Positions 27,720 to 37,619 of a stretch of 64,000 nt of DNA are shown here, piece by piece. The position numbers were made by a program, and so were the translations under genes. Under the pieces are notes generated by a model. The model searched no databases. It had not been told where the DNA came from and saw nothing but the letters and a program-made list of their open reading frames with translations. The DNA comes from a bacterium (GTDB lineage: Bacteria > CG2-30-53-67). Position 1 is the first letter of the stretch, and every line of letters starts with the position of its first letter. The stretch is from NCBI GenBank assembly GCA_024277725.1, contig JAJRUP010000152.1, positions 520 through 64,519 of the forward strand, given 5' to 3'.

Positions 27720-30038
27720 ATGGTCATCAAAGGAAATATCAAAGGAAAACGGATCCCCTCACGTGAACTGGAGGAACAGATCCAGCAGGCCGTCCGGGAC
27801 GGGAACCGGACCTTGACCATTCAGGCCGACGGCCAGCACGGCATCGGCGGCCGGATCTGGCCGATGGGTAAAAAGATCCGGGTCACCGTTACCGGTCCTG
27901 TCGGACAACGCCTCGGCAGCATGGGGATGGAAGGAACGGAGATCCTTGTGAAGGGAAGCGCCTCCGACGACGTCGGTTGGATCAACTGCGGCGCGAAGAT
28001 CACGGTCTTAGGTGACGTCACCAACGGCGCTCACAATGCCGGCGCCCAGGGCATCCTTTATGTCCAGGGAGGCGGCGGTGCCCGCTGTGACACGATGACC
28101 AAACATAATCCCCGTTTCGAGCCGCTCCAGTCGTGGTACTTCCGGGATGTGGGCGACTCCTTTGCGGAATTCAAGGCGGGGGGGATCGCCGTGGTCTGCG
28201 GTGTGAATCCCCGGAATCCGGACAACATCCTCGGCTACCGTCCCTGTGTCGGGATGGTGGGGGGGACCATCTATTTTCGGGGCCCCATCCAGGGATTCAG
28301 TGAAAATGATGTCAAGCAGGTCGACCTGACCCCCCAAGACTGGGACTGGCTCACCAAGAACATCAAGCCCTACCTCAAGGCGATCAACCGGATGGATCAC
28401 CTCGAGGAACTGACCCGATCGGCGGAAGACTGGAAGAAACTGATTGCCTATACCCCGGCGGAAAAGGCCGAAAAGCGCGGCCGAAAGATCCCGATGGCGG
28501 AGTTCCGCGAAACGGTCTGGGAGAAAGGGGTCGGCAAAGGCGGTATCTTCGGGGAATATCTCGAACACGATCCGACTCTCCTTCCCTACATCACAAACGG
28601 TGAGAACCGACGGTTCCGTCCGGTCTGGAACAACGACCGGTACCTGCCTCCCTGCGCCTACTCCTGCCCGTCACGGATCCCGTCGCATAAGCGGGCGAGC
28701 CTGATCCGACAAAACCGCCTCGAAGATGCCCTGGCACTGGTCCTGCAATACAGCCCGTTCCCGGCCTCCGTCTGCGGCCAGGTCTGCCCGAATCTCTGCA
28801 TGGACGCCTGTACCCGGGGACAGATCGACAAACCCCTCGACATCAAGAATCTCGGGAGTCTCAGCCTGGAACTCCCGGCTCCCCAAAAAGCCCGTTCCAC
28901 CGGCAACACCGTCGCCATCATCGGCGCCGGGCCGGCGGGACTCTCTGCGGCCTGGCAATTGGCCCTTCGGGGACACACCGTCGATCTCTATGAGTCCACG
29001 GGGAGACTGGGGGGTAAGCTGGAACTCTGCATCCCCCGGGAGCGGCTTCCTCAGGAGATCCTCGCCAAAGAGATCTCACGCTTTGAGGAGATGGGGATCA
29101 ATGTTCACCTCAAATGCAAAGTAACCCGGAAACTCTTCAAAAAACTCTACAGAGAACACGAAATCGTCATCATCGCCTGCGGCGCCCATGAGGCTCGGGT
29201 GATCCGTTTCGACGGTATCGACGATGTCACCCCCGGCATCGGATTCCTCAAGGAGATCAATTACGGGACACCGAAGGACTTGAAGGGGAAAGAAGTCATC
29301 GTCATCGGTGCCGGCAACGTCGGCATGGATATCGCCTGTCAGGCCTATGCCTGCGGTGCAAAGTCGGTCACCGCCGTCGACATCCAGCCACCGGCAAGCT
29401 TCGGCAAGGAACAACAGATGGCCCGGGAACGGGGGACCCGGATCCTCTATCCCAAAGTGACGAAGAAGTACAGCAAGCGGGCGAAAAAACTTTACTTTGA
29501 AGACGGCTCCTCACTTCACGCCGACGAAGTGATCATATCCATCGGCGAAGTGCCGGTCCTTGATTTTCTTCCTCCCGAAATCCACACGGAGCGAGGATAC
29601 GTCGTTGCAAATGAACTCGGACAGAGTTCGGATGTCAAGGTCTTTGCCGTGGGGGATGTCACACAGCCGGGCCTGATCACCCATGCCATCGGGCAGGGCC
29701 GGATCGCCGCCGACGTTATTCACCATCAGATGATGAGCTATGATTACGTCCCCGAGGAAAAGCAGGTCATCCCCTATCACCGGATCAAGACCGTCTATTA
29801 CGAGAGTTCCCGTCCCGATGAGTTTGTACCGGAAGAGGAGGCCAACCGCTGCATGTCCTGTGGTTCCTGCCGTGACTGCGGCATGTGCGAAACAAGCTGT
29901 TACTACAATGCCATCTCACGGGTGGAAGGGGAAGAAGGGAGTTTCGAATACATTGTCAACGATGATCTTTGTATCGGCTGCGGTTTCTGTGCGGGGATCT
30001 GCCCTTGCGGCGTGTGGGAGATGAAAGAAAACGTCTGA
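27720..30038 (+). CDS. glutamate synthase GXGXG domain fused to a GltD-like NAD(P)H:FAD oxidoreductase and a C-terminal 2x[4Fe-4S] ferredoxin
   Basis: N-terminal tandem-repeat GXGXG domain (IQADGQHGIGG..VLGDVTNGAHNAG..YVQGGGG). Two dinucleotide-binding motifs (IIGAGPAGLSAA; VIGAGNVGMDIA). C-terminal CxxCxxCxxxC pairs. Confidence 0.8.
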   Translation: MVIKGNIKGKRIPSRELEEQIQQAVRDGNRTLTIQADGQHGIGGRIWPMGKKIRVTVTGPVGQRLGSMGMEGTEILVKGSASDDVGWINCGAKITVLGDVTNGAHNAGAQGILYVQGGGGARCDTMTKHNPRFEPLQSWYFRDVGDSFAEFKAGGIAVVCGVNPRNPDNILGYRPCVGMVGGTIYFRGPIQGFSENDVKQVDLTPQDWDWLTKNIKPYLKAINRMDHLEELTRSAEDWKKLIAYTPAEKAEKRGRKIPMAEFRETVWEKGVGKGGIFGEYLEHDPTLLPYITNGENRRFRPVWNNDRYLPPCAYSCPSRIPSHKRASLIRQNRLEDALALVLQYSPFPASVCGQVCPNLCMDACTRGQIDKPLDIKNLGSLSLELPAPQKARSTGNTVAIIGAGPAGLSAAWQLALRGHTVDLYESTGRLGGKLELCIPRERLPQEILAKEISRFEEMGINVHLKCKVTRKLFKKLYREHEIVIIACGAHEARVIRFDGIDDVTPGIGFLKEINYGTPKDLKGKEVIVIGAGNVGMDIACQAYACGAKSVTAVDIQPPASFGKEQQMARERGTRILYPKVTKKYSKRAKKLYFEDGSSLHADEVIISIGEVPVLDFLPPEIHTERGYVVANELGQSSDVKVFAVGDVTQPGLITHAIGQGRIAADVIHHQMMSYDYVPEEKQVIPYHRIKTVYYESSRPDEFVPEEEANRCMSCGSCRDCGMCETSCYYNAISRVEGEEGSFEYIVNDDLCIGCGFCAGICPCGVWEMKENV

Positions 30039-30146
30039 TGGTTCGACAAGCTCACCATGCACGGTCTGTTTTCACAGACTCACCATGAGCGGATTCTTAT
30101 CCCTTCCCCTGAACCGGTCGAAGGGGAAACGGAAGGATCAAAGGGC

Positions 30147-31358
30147 TTACATCCCCAAACTGGCGAGCAGATCATCGACATCCTGCTGACTGCCGACATT
30201 CGCTTCACAGACACTCTCACTTGATTCCTGGCTCTGGGCGTTAAATTCAACGGCCAGTTCCGGATTCATGATGCAAAGCACCTCTCGAAGGGTTCCCGTC
30301 AACGTATTGATCTGCTGACTGACCTTGTCGGCAAATTGCAGGCTCATCTCCGCTTCATCAATCCAGGGGATCACATCCTCCGGGACCTCGTCCCGAAGCT
30401 TACCCAGAATCTTCACGATCGTTTCGGTATTGCTGGCAATCCCTTTCCGGACATGCTGTGTCTTCCGGTGAAAATCCGAGGCGTCGACAATCTCTTCCAG
30501 TTTGTTCAGCACGGCCTTATAGAGTCCCAGAATCTTTTCCCGTTCTTCCATCCGGTGATAACGGTCGAGAAAGGCCACCAACTGGTTCTTGAAGAGGTGT
30601 ACCAGGTCGACCAGACGTCCGTCATCGGACGATATTGTCTCCAGAGGCCGGACCTTCATGGAACCGGCATAATCGGCCTTGCTGAAAAAGACACGGACCG
30701 AACCGTCCTCGGAGAGGGAATGGTTGTAGGTGTTGCGGATCCGTTCCCGGATCTTTGCCTGTTTTTTCGGCTCATCCTCAAAATCGATCGAGCACTCCAT
30801 CCCCAGATCCTTGAGAGTATCTACAACCAGACGGCAGGCTTCCTCCAGATCGAGGGTTTCCTGAAGATACTGCCCGCAGTGAACCAGCCCCGCCAGATCT
30901 TCATGCAACTGGATCAGGGCACCGGCATATTCTTCCATGAGTTTTTTCGACTTCTCCAGGGCACGACATTCCTCCCGTTCCTTCCACCGGGATCGGGCTG
31001 ATCGCGCCATCTGCCGGAACATCAGTGCCGAGGCCGCCTCCGACCGGGGTTGCTCGATGATCATCGTATGATCGGACACCGGCAATCCAGCGGTGATGCC
31101 CGACGTCATCTCGTCAAGCACCACCGTACACTGGATTTCCGGAAACCTGCGGGCCAGCGCATCGGACATGGAAAAGGCATCCCGTTCCGGGGGGGAGTGG
31201 GAGATCAACACCGATGCCCCGGGACATGAATCCAATAATTCCACCGCTTCCTCTTCCGTATCGACAAGAAGGGTCCGTACATTTTCCGTGCAGAACTCCT
31301 CCCCCGGATGTGCGAAGGGGAAAGCACCCACAGCGATCACATTCCATTCCGCATCCAT
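30147..31358 (-). CDS. hypothetical protein with a degenerate receiver-like N-terminal domain
   Basis: 403 aa. The N-terminal ~110 aa (NVRTLLVDTEEEAVELL...ASVLIS) are receiver-like; the rest is a helical acidic region with no recognised motif. Divergent from lptF. Confidence 0.5.
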   Translation of the reverse strand: MDAEWNVIAVGAFPFAHPGEEFCTENVRTLLVDTEEEAVELLDSCPGASVLISHSPPERDAFSMSDALARRFPEIQCTVVLDEMTSGITAGLPVSDHTMIIEQPRSEAASALMFRQMARSARSRWKEREECRALEKSKKLMEEYAGALIQLHEDLAGLVHCGQYLQETLDLEEACRLVVDTLKDLGMECSIDFEDEPKKQAKIRERIRNTYNHSLSEDGSVRVFFSKADYAGSMKVRPLETISSDDGRLVDLVHLFKNQLVAFLDRYHRMEEREKILGLYKAVLNKLEEIVDASDFHRKTQHVRKGIASNTETIVKILGKLRDEVPEDVIPWIDEAEMSLQFADKVSQQINTLTGTLREVLCIMNPELAVEFNAQSQESSESVCEANVGSQQDVDDLLASLGM

Positions 31359-31671
31359 AAAAACTCTTTCATCATTCGTTTTTGTCAGGAAAGTAAAGCT
31401 TCACACACCAACTTTCTTTTCGGCCGACAGCAGAAAATACTTGAGGATTTTTTCTTTTTGCCCTGTCCGGTCGCCTTGCAGAGGACAAAAAACGGTTTAC
31501 ATCCTTGCATAATCCGGTTAGTATTTTCAGATTATCTCCGGAAAATTGAGTGAAAACAACAGGGGGCAAGGATTCCAGGGGTCCCGTAACGTGTTCAAAC
31601 ACTATAAGGAGTTGGAGGAGTTCGAGCGGATGCTCAAGGCACTGTTTCATCGACTCCCCGGATAGGAATTT

Positions 31672-32853
31672 ATGAGAAGAATCCTGCCCCGTTATATTCG
31701 CAAAGAGATCCTGCCCCCTTTCGCACTCTCTTTGTGCGTTTTCACCCTCGTCCTCTTCATGCAGAATGCCCTGGAGCTGTCCAACCTGATCATCACGAAA
31801 GGTGTGGCCCCTTCCAATATCGCCCGGATCGTTCTCTACACACTTCCCCCCACCCTCTGGCTCACCCTTCCCATCTCCTTTCTCACGGCGAGCTTGACAG
31901 CCCTCAGCCGGCTTTCCTCCGACAATGAAGTCATTGCCATGAATTCCCTGGGCATCGGGCTGGGAAGCTTTCTCCGCCCCGTAATGACCCTGGGCGTGCT
32001 TTTGTTCCTTCTCACCTTCGCCGTCGGAGCCCTCGCCATCCCCTGGGGGCGCACTTCCTTGAATCAGCTCGTCTACCGGATCTTCCAGGAAAGCGCAACC
32101 GCCGGGATCGAGCCCAAGGTCTTCAATGACACCTTTTCCGACCTGGTGATCTTCGCCGATGATGTCGAACGGGGGAAAAACATCCTGCGAAACGTTCTGA
32201 TTACGGATTACCGGGGAGAATTGCCGGAGACCATTTATGCACAGTCCGGAATAATCCACTCCAACCCGGACAGCCTCACTCATTCCTTGACGCTGCACAA
32301 CGGCGCCGTCCACCAGTACAACGCCCGCAAAGGGCAGTACCGTTTGATTCATTTTCAGGAGTATCAACTCTCGCTGGTCACCGACGTGGCACCGGTGGTC
32401 TATTCGATGAGCCTTGGAGAGAAGACCTATCATGAGATGACCCTGGCGGAACTCCGCAAGGCCGCACAGGAGGGAGAGCCTGTAAAGGCACGGAGTTTTC
32501 AGCTTCACTACTATGAAAAATTCGCTCTTCCCTTCTCCTGTATCATCTTCGGGCTTGTCGCTCTTCCCTTCGGAACCCGTTTTCAACGATCGGGAAAGAT
32601 GATCGGTTTTTCCTGGAGCCTGGTCATCGTCTTTTGCTATTACCTTCTCCTGGGCGCTGGACGTCATTTTGGAACGGAAAACCTGCTCCCCCCGTTGCTT
32701 GCAATCTGGCTTCCGAATCTGGTCTTCGGCCTGATCGGCATCTATGCCCTTTTCCGGGCCTCGCGGGAGATCCCGCAAGATCGAGGTTTTCTGGATGGGA
32801 CCTATGGTCTGCGACATGCCTTTCGGCGAATTGTGAAACCGGCCGGAAAGTAA
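31672..32853 (+). CDS. lptF: LPS export ABC transporter permease LptF
   Basis: MRRILPRYIRKEILPPFALSL is the typical YjgP/YjgQ N-terminus. Six TM helices with a periplasmic beta-jellyroll insert. Followed by lptG. Confidence 0.8.
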   Translation: MRRILPRYIRKEILPPFALSLCVFTLVLFMQNALELSNLIITKGVAPSNIARIVLYTLPPTLWLTLPISFLTASLTALSRLSSDNEVIAMNSLGIGLGSFLRPVMTLGVLLFLLTFAVGALAIPWGRTSLNQLVYRIFQESATAGIEPKVFNDTFSDLVIFADDVERGKNILRNVLITDYRGELPETIYAQSGIIHSNPDSLTHSLTLHNGAVHQYNARKGQYRLIHFQEYQLSLVTDVAPVVYSMSLGEKTYHEMTLAELRKAAQEGEPVKARSFQLHYYEKFALPFSCIIFGLVALPFGTRFQRSGKMIGFSWSLVIVFCYYLLLGAGRHFGTENLLPPLLAIWLPNLVFGLIGIYALFRASREIPQDRGFLDGTYGLRHAFRRIVKPAGK

Positions 32854-32864
32854 ATGAAAAAACG

Positions 32865-33947
32865 ATGAAGACCCTCTCAAAATATGTAGCCCGTGAATAT
32901 ATCAAGATGCTGCTGATCTGCTTCAGCGCCGTCACGACCGTCTACCTGCTGGTACACTTCCTCGGAAAACTCGATGAGTTTATTGAGTTCAAGGCCTCTC
33001 TTTCATTGATCATCCGAATGATCCTCCTGAAAATCCCCAGGATCTTCTATGAGGTCCTGCCGATCGTCTCGCTCCTCGCGACACTGATTACCCTGAGCCT
33101 CTTCTCCCGTCACAATGAAATCATCGCCATGCGCGCTTGTGGGATCCGTCTGAACCGGCTTCTCGTGCCGATTTTCTTTGTCACCCTCATCCTCTCCCTG
33201 CTGGCGCTGGCCGACGGGGAATGGCTGGTCCCCTATGCCAACCAGCGCCTCAGTTGGCTCGACGACGTGGCCCTGAAAAAAAAGCCCCATCTTCTGGCCT
33301 TGAAGAATAATCGAATCTGGTTTCGAACCGGCACTAACGGTTTTTGCAATATCCGAAAGGTCGATCCGGACCGCAAGATTCTTCACGGTGTCACGCTCTA
33401 TTATTTTAATTAACATTACGAGTTAAACCATCGGCTGGATGCGGACGTGGTGGTCTGGAAGGAAGGCGCCTGGATCACCCGGGAAGGGACCGAGTGGACC
33501 TTTTCGGAATCCGGAGAGATCCGGGAAGAACGTTCCTTCCAGGGCACTTTTCCGCTGGAGGAACCGCTGGAGGAAATCATCAAGGTCGAGAAACCCTCCA
33601 AGGCGATGGGCTACAAGGAACTCCGAAAATATATCAGGATCCTGAAGAAGGATGGTTATCCGACCACCGCTTATGAAGTCGACCTCCATGCGAAGATCTC
33701 CTATACCGTGATCAACCTCATCATGGTGCTCCTGGGGATCCCCTTCGCCCTGCACACCAATCGCAAAGGGGGCCTCGCCTTCAGCATCGGGATCAGTCTG
33801 GTCGTGGGATTTCTATACTGGCTGGCTTTTTCGGTGGGACTCTCCTGCGGCCATGGCGGTCTGGTATCTCCCCTCCTCGCTGCCTGGATCGCCAATCTCC
33901 TCTTCGGAACGACGGCAGGTTACCGGCTCGCCAAGGTCCGGTTCTGA
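32865..33947 (+). pseudogene. lptG: LptG interrupted by an in-frame TAA (33411-33413) inside an AT-rich patch; 5' fragment 32865..33413, 3' fragment 33414..33947
   Basis: MKTLSKYVAREYIKMLL...GVTLYYFN*HYELNHRLDADVVVWKEGAW... continues in the same frame (32634 and 33447 both frame 0) through to the C-terminal TM helices. Local sequence tattattttaattaacattacgagttaaac is atypically AT-rich. Confidence 0.6.
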
Positions 33948-34017
33948 ACCGGGGGACCCGTTCCCGAAATACCATGGCATTCGAGTGTCCCAAGACGGCA
34001 CACAAGAAAAAGGCCGA

Positions 34018-35046
34018 TCAGGAGGCCGGATGCCCTGCTTCTTCCTGCATTCCCGCCAGGCGGGCGAGTTCCTCCAACTGTTCCGGTTTCCCCACGCAGA
34101 TCAGAAGATCTCCTCTCTCTAAGACGGTCTTGGGCGGCAGGCTCGTATTCATGGTACCGTCCTCTTTCTTGACAGCAACGATCAAGACCCCCAGTTCTTC
34201 ACGGATCCGGGAGTCCATGATCCGGATACCGTCGTAGGCGGATTGCTCGGCAATGCGGACGGCATCGAGGCGAAATCCCATTCCGTCCCGACGGACGGCG
34301 GTCTCCAGGAAACTGGAAATGTGGGGCCGGAAGATCGACTCGGCAATCTTGGAAGCACCGATCAGATAGGGAGAAACCACCATGTCGGCGCCCGCCCGTT
34401 TGAACTTTTTCTCCGATCCTTCTTCCCCGGTCCGGGTAACGATCTTCAGTCGGCTATTGATCCCCCGGGCGGAAAGAACCACATAGAGATTCTCCGCGTC
34501 CGAGGTCAGGACCGTGATTAACCCCTTGGCCCTTTCGATCCCGGCGGCAATAATCACATCGTCCTGCGTAGCATCCCCCTGAATGGCGATGTACCCCTTC
34601 TCCTGAATCTCGGTTACCACCTCCGGATACTTTTCGATCACGACAAAGGGGAATCCCGCCGACGCAAATTCCGAACAGATCTGTTTCCCCATCCGACCGT
34701 ATCCGCAAATAATGTAGTGCTCCTTCATACGTCTGATTTTTTCGTTCACCTTTTTCCTCCCCAGCACTTCCCGGATCTCTCCTTCGAGAATAATCCCGAT
34801 GGCCGTCTTAAAAACATAGGCGACCGTCCCGACCCCGACCAGGATCAGAACGACCGTGAAGATCCTCCCTGCCGTATCCATCTGGTGGACTTCCATGAAA
34901 CCGATCGTCGAGAGGGTAATCATCGTCATGTAAAGCGAATCGGCGACCCCCCACCCCTCGATGATCATGTATCCCAGTGTACCAAAGGCCATGATCGCCG
35001 CCAGGATCAACAGTGAATATTGCAATTTCTTGATTGGATTGACCAA
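34018..35046 (-). CDS. potassium channel protein with RCK (TrkA-N/TrkA-C) domains
   Basis: Two TM helices plus a pore helix with selectivity filter TLSTIGFME (TxGFG-like). Rossmann GYGRMGK, then a TrkA-C domain. Confidence 0.8.
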   Translation of the reverse strand: MVNPIKKLQYSLLILAAIMAFGTLGYMIIEGWGVADSLYMTMITLSTIGFMEVHQMDTAGRIFTVVLILVGVGTVAYVFKTAIGIILEGEIREVLGRKKVNEKIRRMKEHYIICGYGRMGKQICSEFASAGFPFVVIEKYPEVVTEIQEKGYIAIQGDATQDDVIIAAGIERAKGLITVLTSDAENLYVVLSARGINSRLKIVTRTGEEGSEKKFKRAGADMVVSPYLIGASKIAESIFRPHISSFLETAVRRDGMGFRLDAVRIAEQSAYDGIRIMDSRIREELGVLIVAVKKEDGTMNTSLPPKTVLERGDLLICVGKPEQLEELARLAGMQEEAGHPAS

Positions 35047-35070
35047 GATATCCTCCCGGAAAGGAAATCC

Positions 35071-35511
35071 TCATTCATGATCTTGCAAAAGGGAAGAACA
35101 GCTCCGGACCATGTTCCGGTAATGGCTCCCCTTCCAATAAACCCGTTGACAAGACAAACAGCGACCGAATTTCGATTCGGCAAGATAGACATAATCCGGA
35201 ACAAAGGGACGAGCATCCTCCCGGGAGATGGGCGTAAGCGACCGGTTGCAGAGGATGCAACGGGAAAGGATCCGCTCCCGGAAGACCGGGTAGGCCCGGA
35301 TGACCTCCTCGAGTTGTGCCGGAGGATCGTTACAGGTGACCAGAAGATATTCCGCCACACCTCGACGCCGGACCAGACGGGTATCCCGCGTCAACAGGAC
35401 CCGCCCCTCCCTCCGGGAAATTTCAATCAGTCGCCCATCCTCCACCGGATTCAGGTAGAGGACGTCAAACCCGAGAACCCGCATCCACCGGGCCAGTTTC
35501 CCCAGCATCAT
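35071..35511 (-). CDS. Mut7-C RNase-domain protein (DUF5615-like)
   Basis: MMLGKLARWMRVLGFDVLY..RVLLTRDTRL..RCILCN..C..C is the Mut7-C pattern. Start set at the internal Met because the upstream part of ORF 35071..35718 overlaps a bidirectional terminator. Confidence 0.65.
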   Translation of the reverse strand: MMLGKLARWMRVLGFDVLYLNPVEDGRLIEISRREGRVLLTRDTRLVRRRGVAEYLLVTCNDPPAQLEEVIRAYPVFRERILSRCILCNRSLTPISREDARPFVPDYVYLAESKFGRCLSCQRVYWKGSHYRNMVRSCSSLLQDHE

Positions 35512-35621
35512 ATCGGCCGCGAAGGTCCGCTCCGGGGCTTTCGGTATCACCTTAACCGCCCTGAAATAAAAGAAAAGTCGTTTAATGTAAGATATCAAAA
35601 GCCTCGGAGAAAAGTCAAGAA

Positions 35622-35654
35622 AACCCCAAAAAAAAGCCCGCTTTCGCGGGCTTT
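35622..35654 (-). terminator. rho-independent terminator of the deacetylase gene (aagcccgc-gaaa-gcgggctt + T8 on minus strand)
   Basis: Plus strand reads aaaaaaaagcccgctttcgcgggctttca. A- and T-tracts on both sides, so possibly bidirectional. Confidence 0.7.
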
Positions 35655-35863
35655 CACAGGGGATCGGGGACCGGCGTAGCAAGGGGGATCGCATTAACCA
35701 CTCCCCGGAAATTCCCAAAGGGTATTTATATTATAAGTAACATGAGAAGGCCAAAAGTCGCGAAAAAATATAAAGAAATCCGTTTTTCTTTCAACCTGTT
35801 GATTTATAAGGTTTATCCCCCTTTGACCCGGTCTTTGTCGTAGCTGTAAGAGAAGTTCTCCGA

Positions 35864-36796
35864 TCAGTTCCGGATCAGGGCCCGCAGATGCATCCGCACC
35901 GCCCCTTTGAGTCCCTCCAGACTGTACCCCCCCTCCAGGAAGGAAAGGAGCCGTCCTCCGCAACGTTCCTCGGCCAGGGCAACCAGGAGTTTCGTCATCC
36001 CGCCGAATCCCTCATCGGTGACCATCATCCCGGCAAGGGGATCATCCCTGTGGGCATCAAAACCTGCCGAAATCAGGATCAGGTCGGGCGGGAAACTCTC
36101 CATCGCCGGGATCAGCCGGTCCACCAGTGCTTCCCGGTAGGCTTTGTCATCACCCCCGGCGGGGAGAGGAACATTCAGGGTTCTCCCTTCCCCCTCCCCC
36201 CGTCCCGTCTGGTCTGCGGCACCGCTCCCCGGATAGTGTGGATATTGATGGATGCTGAAATAAAAGACGGTCGGGTCGGCATAAAAGGTGTTCTGCGTCC
36301 CGTTGCCATGGTGAACATCCCAGTCGACGATAAGAACATTTTTCAGGTTATGTCTTGCCTGTGCATAACGAGCGGTAACGGCAATATTATTAAAGAGACA
36401 GAACCCCATGGCACGGTCACGTTCTGCATGATGCCCCGGCGGTCGTACGGCACAAAAGCCGTTTCGCACCCGCCCCGCCATCATGGCATCAAGCACCGTC
36501 AGCCCACCACCGGCCGCCCGGCGGGCCTCCTCGTAAGAGGCGGAAGAGACCATGGTATCGGGATCAAGGGCATGGATCCCACCCCTGCAGGCCTCTTCTA
36601 CCCGACAAATATAATCTCGATCATGGACCCTCGCCAATTCCTCTACCGTAGCAGAGCGGGGCTCCAGCCGAAGGAGATGAGAAGAGAACTCCGGAAGATG
36701 ACAGACCTCTTCGATGGCCCCGAGTCGATCCGCCCGTTCCGGATGCACCCCCGTATCGTGGTGGTACCCTGAAATGATCAGGCCGGTTTCGTTCAT
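35864..36796 (-). CDS. histone deacetylase-family protein (AcuC/acetylpolyamine amidohydrolase-like)
   Basis: CAVRPPGHHA, DWDVHHGNGTQ, GFDAH..D motifs. Start at MNETGLI. Confidence 0.85.
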   Translation of the reverse strand: MNETGLIISGYHHDTGVHPERADRLGAIEEVCHLPEFSSHLLRLEPRSATVEELARVHDRDYICRVEEACRGGIHALDPDTMVSSASYEEARRAAGGGLTVLDAMMAGRVRNGFCAVRPPGHHAERDRAMGFCLFNNIAVTARYAQARHNLKNVLIVDWDVHHGNGTQNTFYADPTVFYFSIHQYPHYPGSGAADQTGRGEGEGRTLNVPLPAGGDDKAYREALVDRLIPAMESFPPDLILISAGFDAHRDDPLAGMMVTDEGFGGMTKLLVALAEERCGGRLLSFLEGGYSLEGLKGAVRMHLRALIRN

Positions 36797-36970
36797 CAGT
36801 CCTCCCTCTAAAGAGATTGAATGTTTCACTGAGGTTAGACCATAAGAAGTCCGATGTCAATTATCGGTTGTCAGCGTTTCTAAAACCCTTTACAATAATA
36901 ACAAAAGTATTCTCCGGGAACGGAAAACCTGCAACAAACCTTGCCTTTTGGAAGAGAGAAGAATATTTCC

Positions 36971-37591
36971 ATGCCTGAGACTGAGACGAACTACGAAAAA
37001 GCCCTGAAGACCGCTCTCGACAATGCCGTCAATGCCCTCCTCGATCAGGACCTGCAGGCGGTCGCCGACCGAAGCGGCGCCACACTGAAAGCAGACAGAG
37101 TCCTGCAGACATACTTTCTGCACAAAAAGATCCGGGTTTCGGGAAGTTCCAGGGCAGTCTATCTCAACGATGAACCGGCGGGAATCCGCCTGTCGATCCT
37201 CGTCCTCCACTACCTGTTAAAGGCAACAGGGGTCCCTATCTCCGGAAAGAGCATCTCCTTTAAAGAGGTCCCCCAGGGGACACTCTATTTCCAGCCCTTC
37301 CGGGGACGGGTGATCTTCCCGATTCTCAGACTTTTCGATTCGGAACCAGAAGATCTGCTCACCGCGGTCGAAGAACTCGGCGGGGAAAAAACGGAGGAGG
37401 GGGATCTCTCCTTCCGACTCCAGCCCTTTCCCCGGGTCACCGTCCAATACATCTATTACCGGGGGGAGGAAGGGATTCCACCGGACCTGAATATTCTCTT
37501 TGACGCAACGGTTCCCGCCTACCTCTCCACGGAAGATATCGTTGTCCTCTGTGAAGAGATCAATCGCACGTTGAAAACCGCCCGGACATGA
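36971..37591 (+). CDS. hypothetical protein (about 207 aa, possibly DUF3786-like)
   Basis: ATG at 36971 with GGAAGAGAGAAG upstream (the listed ORF starts at TTG 36941). No catalytic motif recognised. 29-bp gap to the next gene suggests an operon. Confidence 0.5.
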   Translation: MPETETNYEKALKTALDNAVNALLDQDLQAVADRSGATLKADRVLQTYFLHKKIRVSGSSRAVYLNDEPAGIRLSILVLHYLLKATGVPISGKSISFKEVPQGTLYFQPFRGRVIFPILRLFDSEPEDLLTAVEELGGEKTEEGDLSFRLQPFPRVTVQYIYYRGEEGIPPDLNILFDATVPAYLSTEDIVVLCEEINRTLKTART

Positions 37592-37619
37592 GGGTTGCAG
37601 CTTTTGCAAGGAGTCTTCC

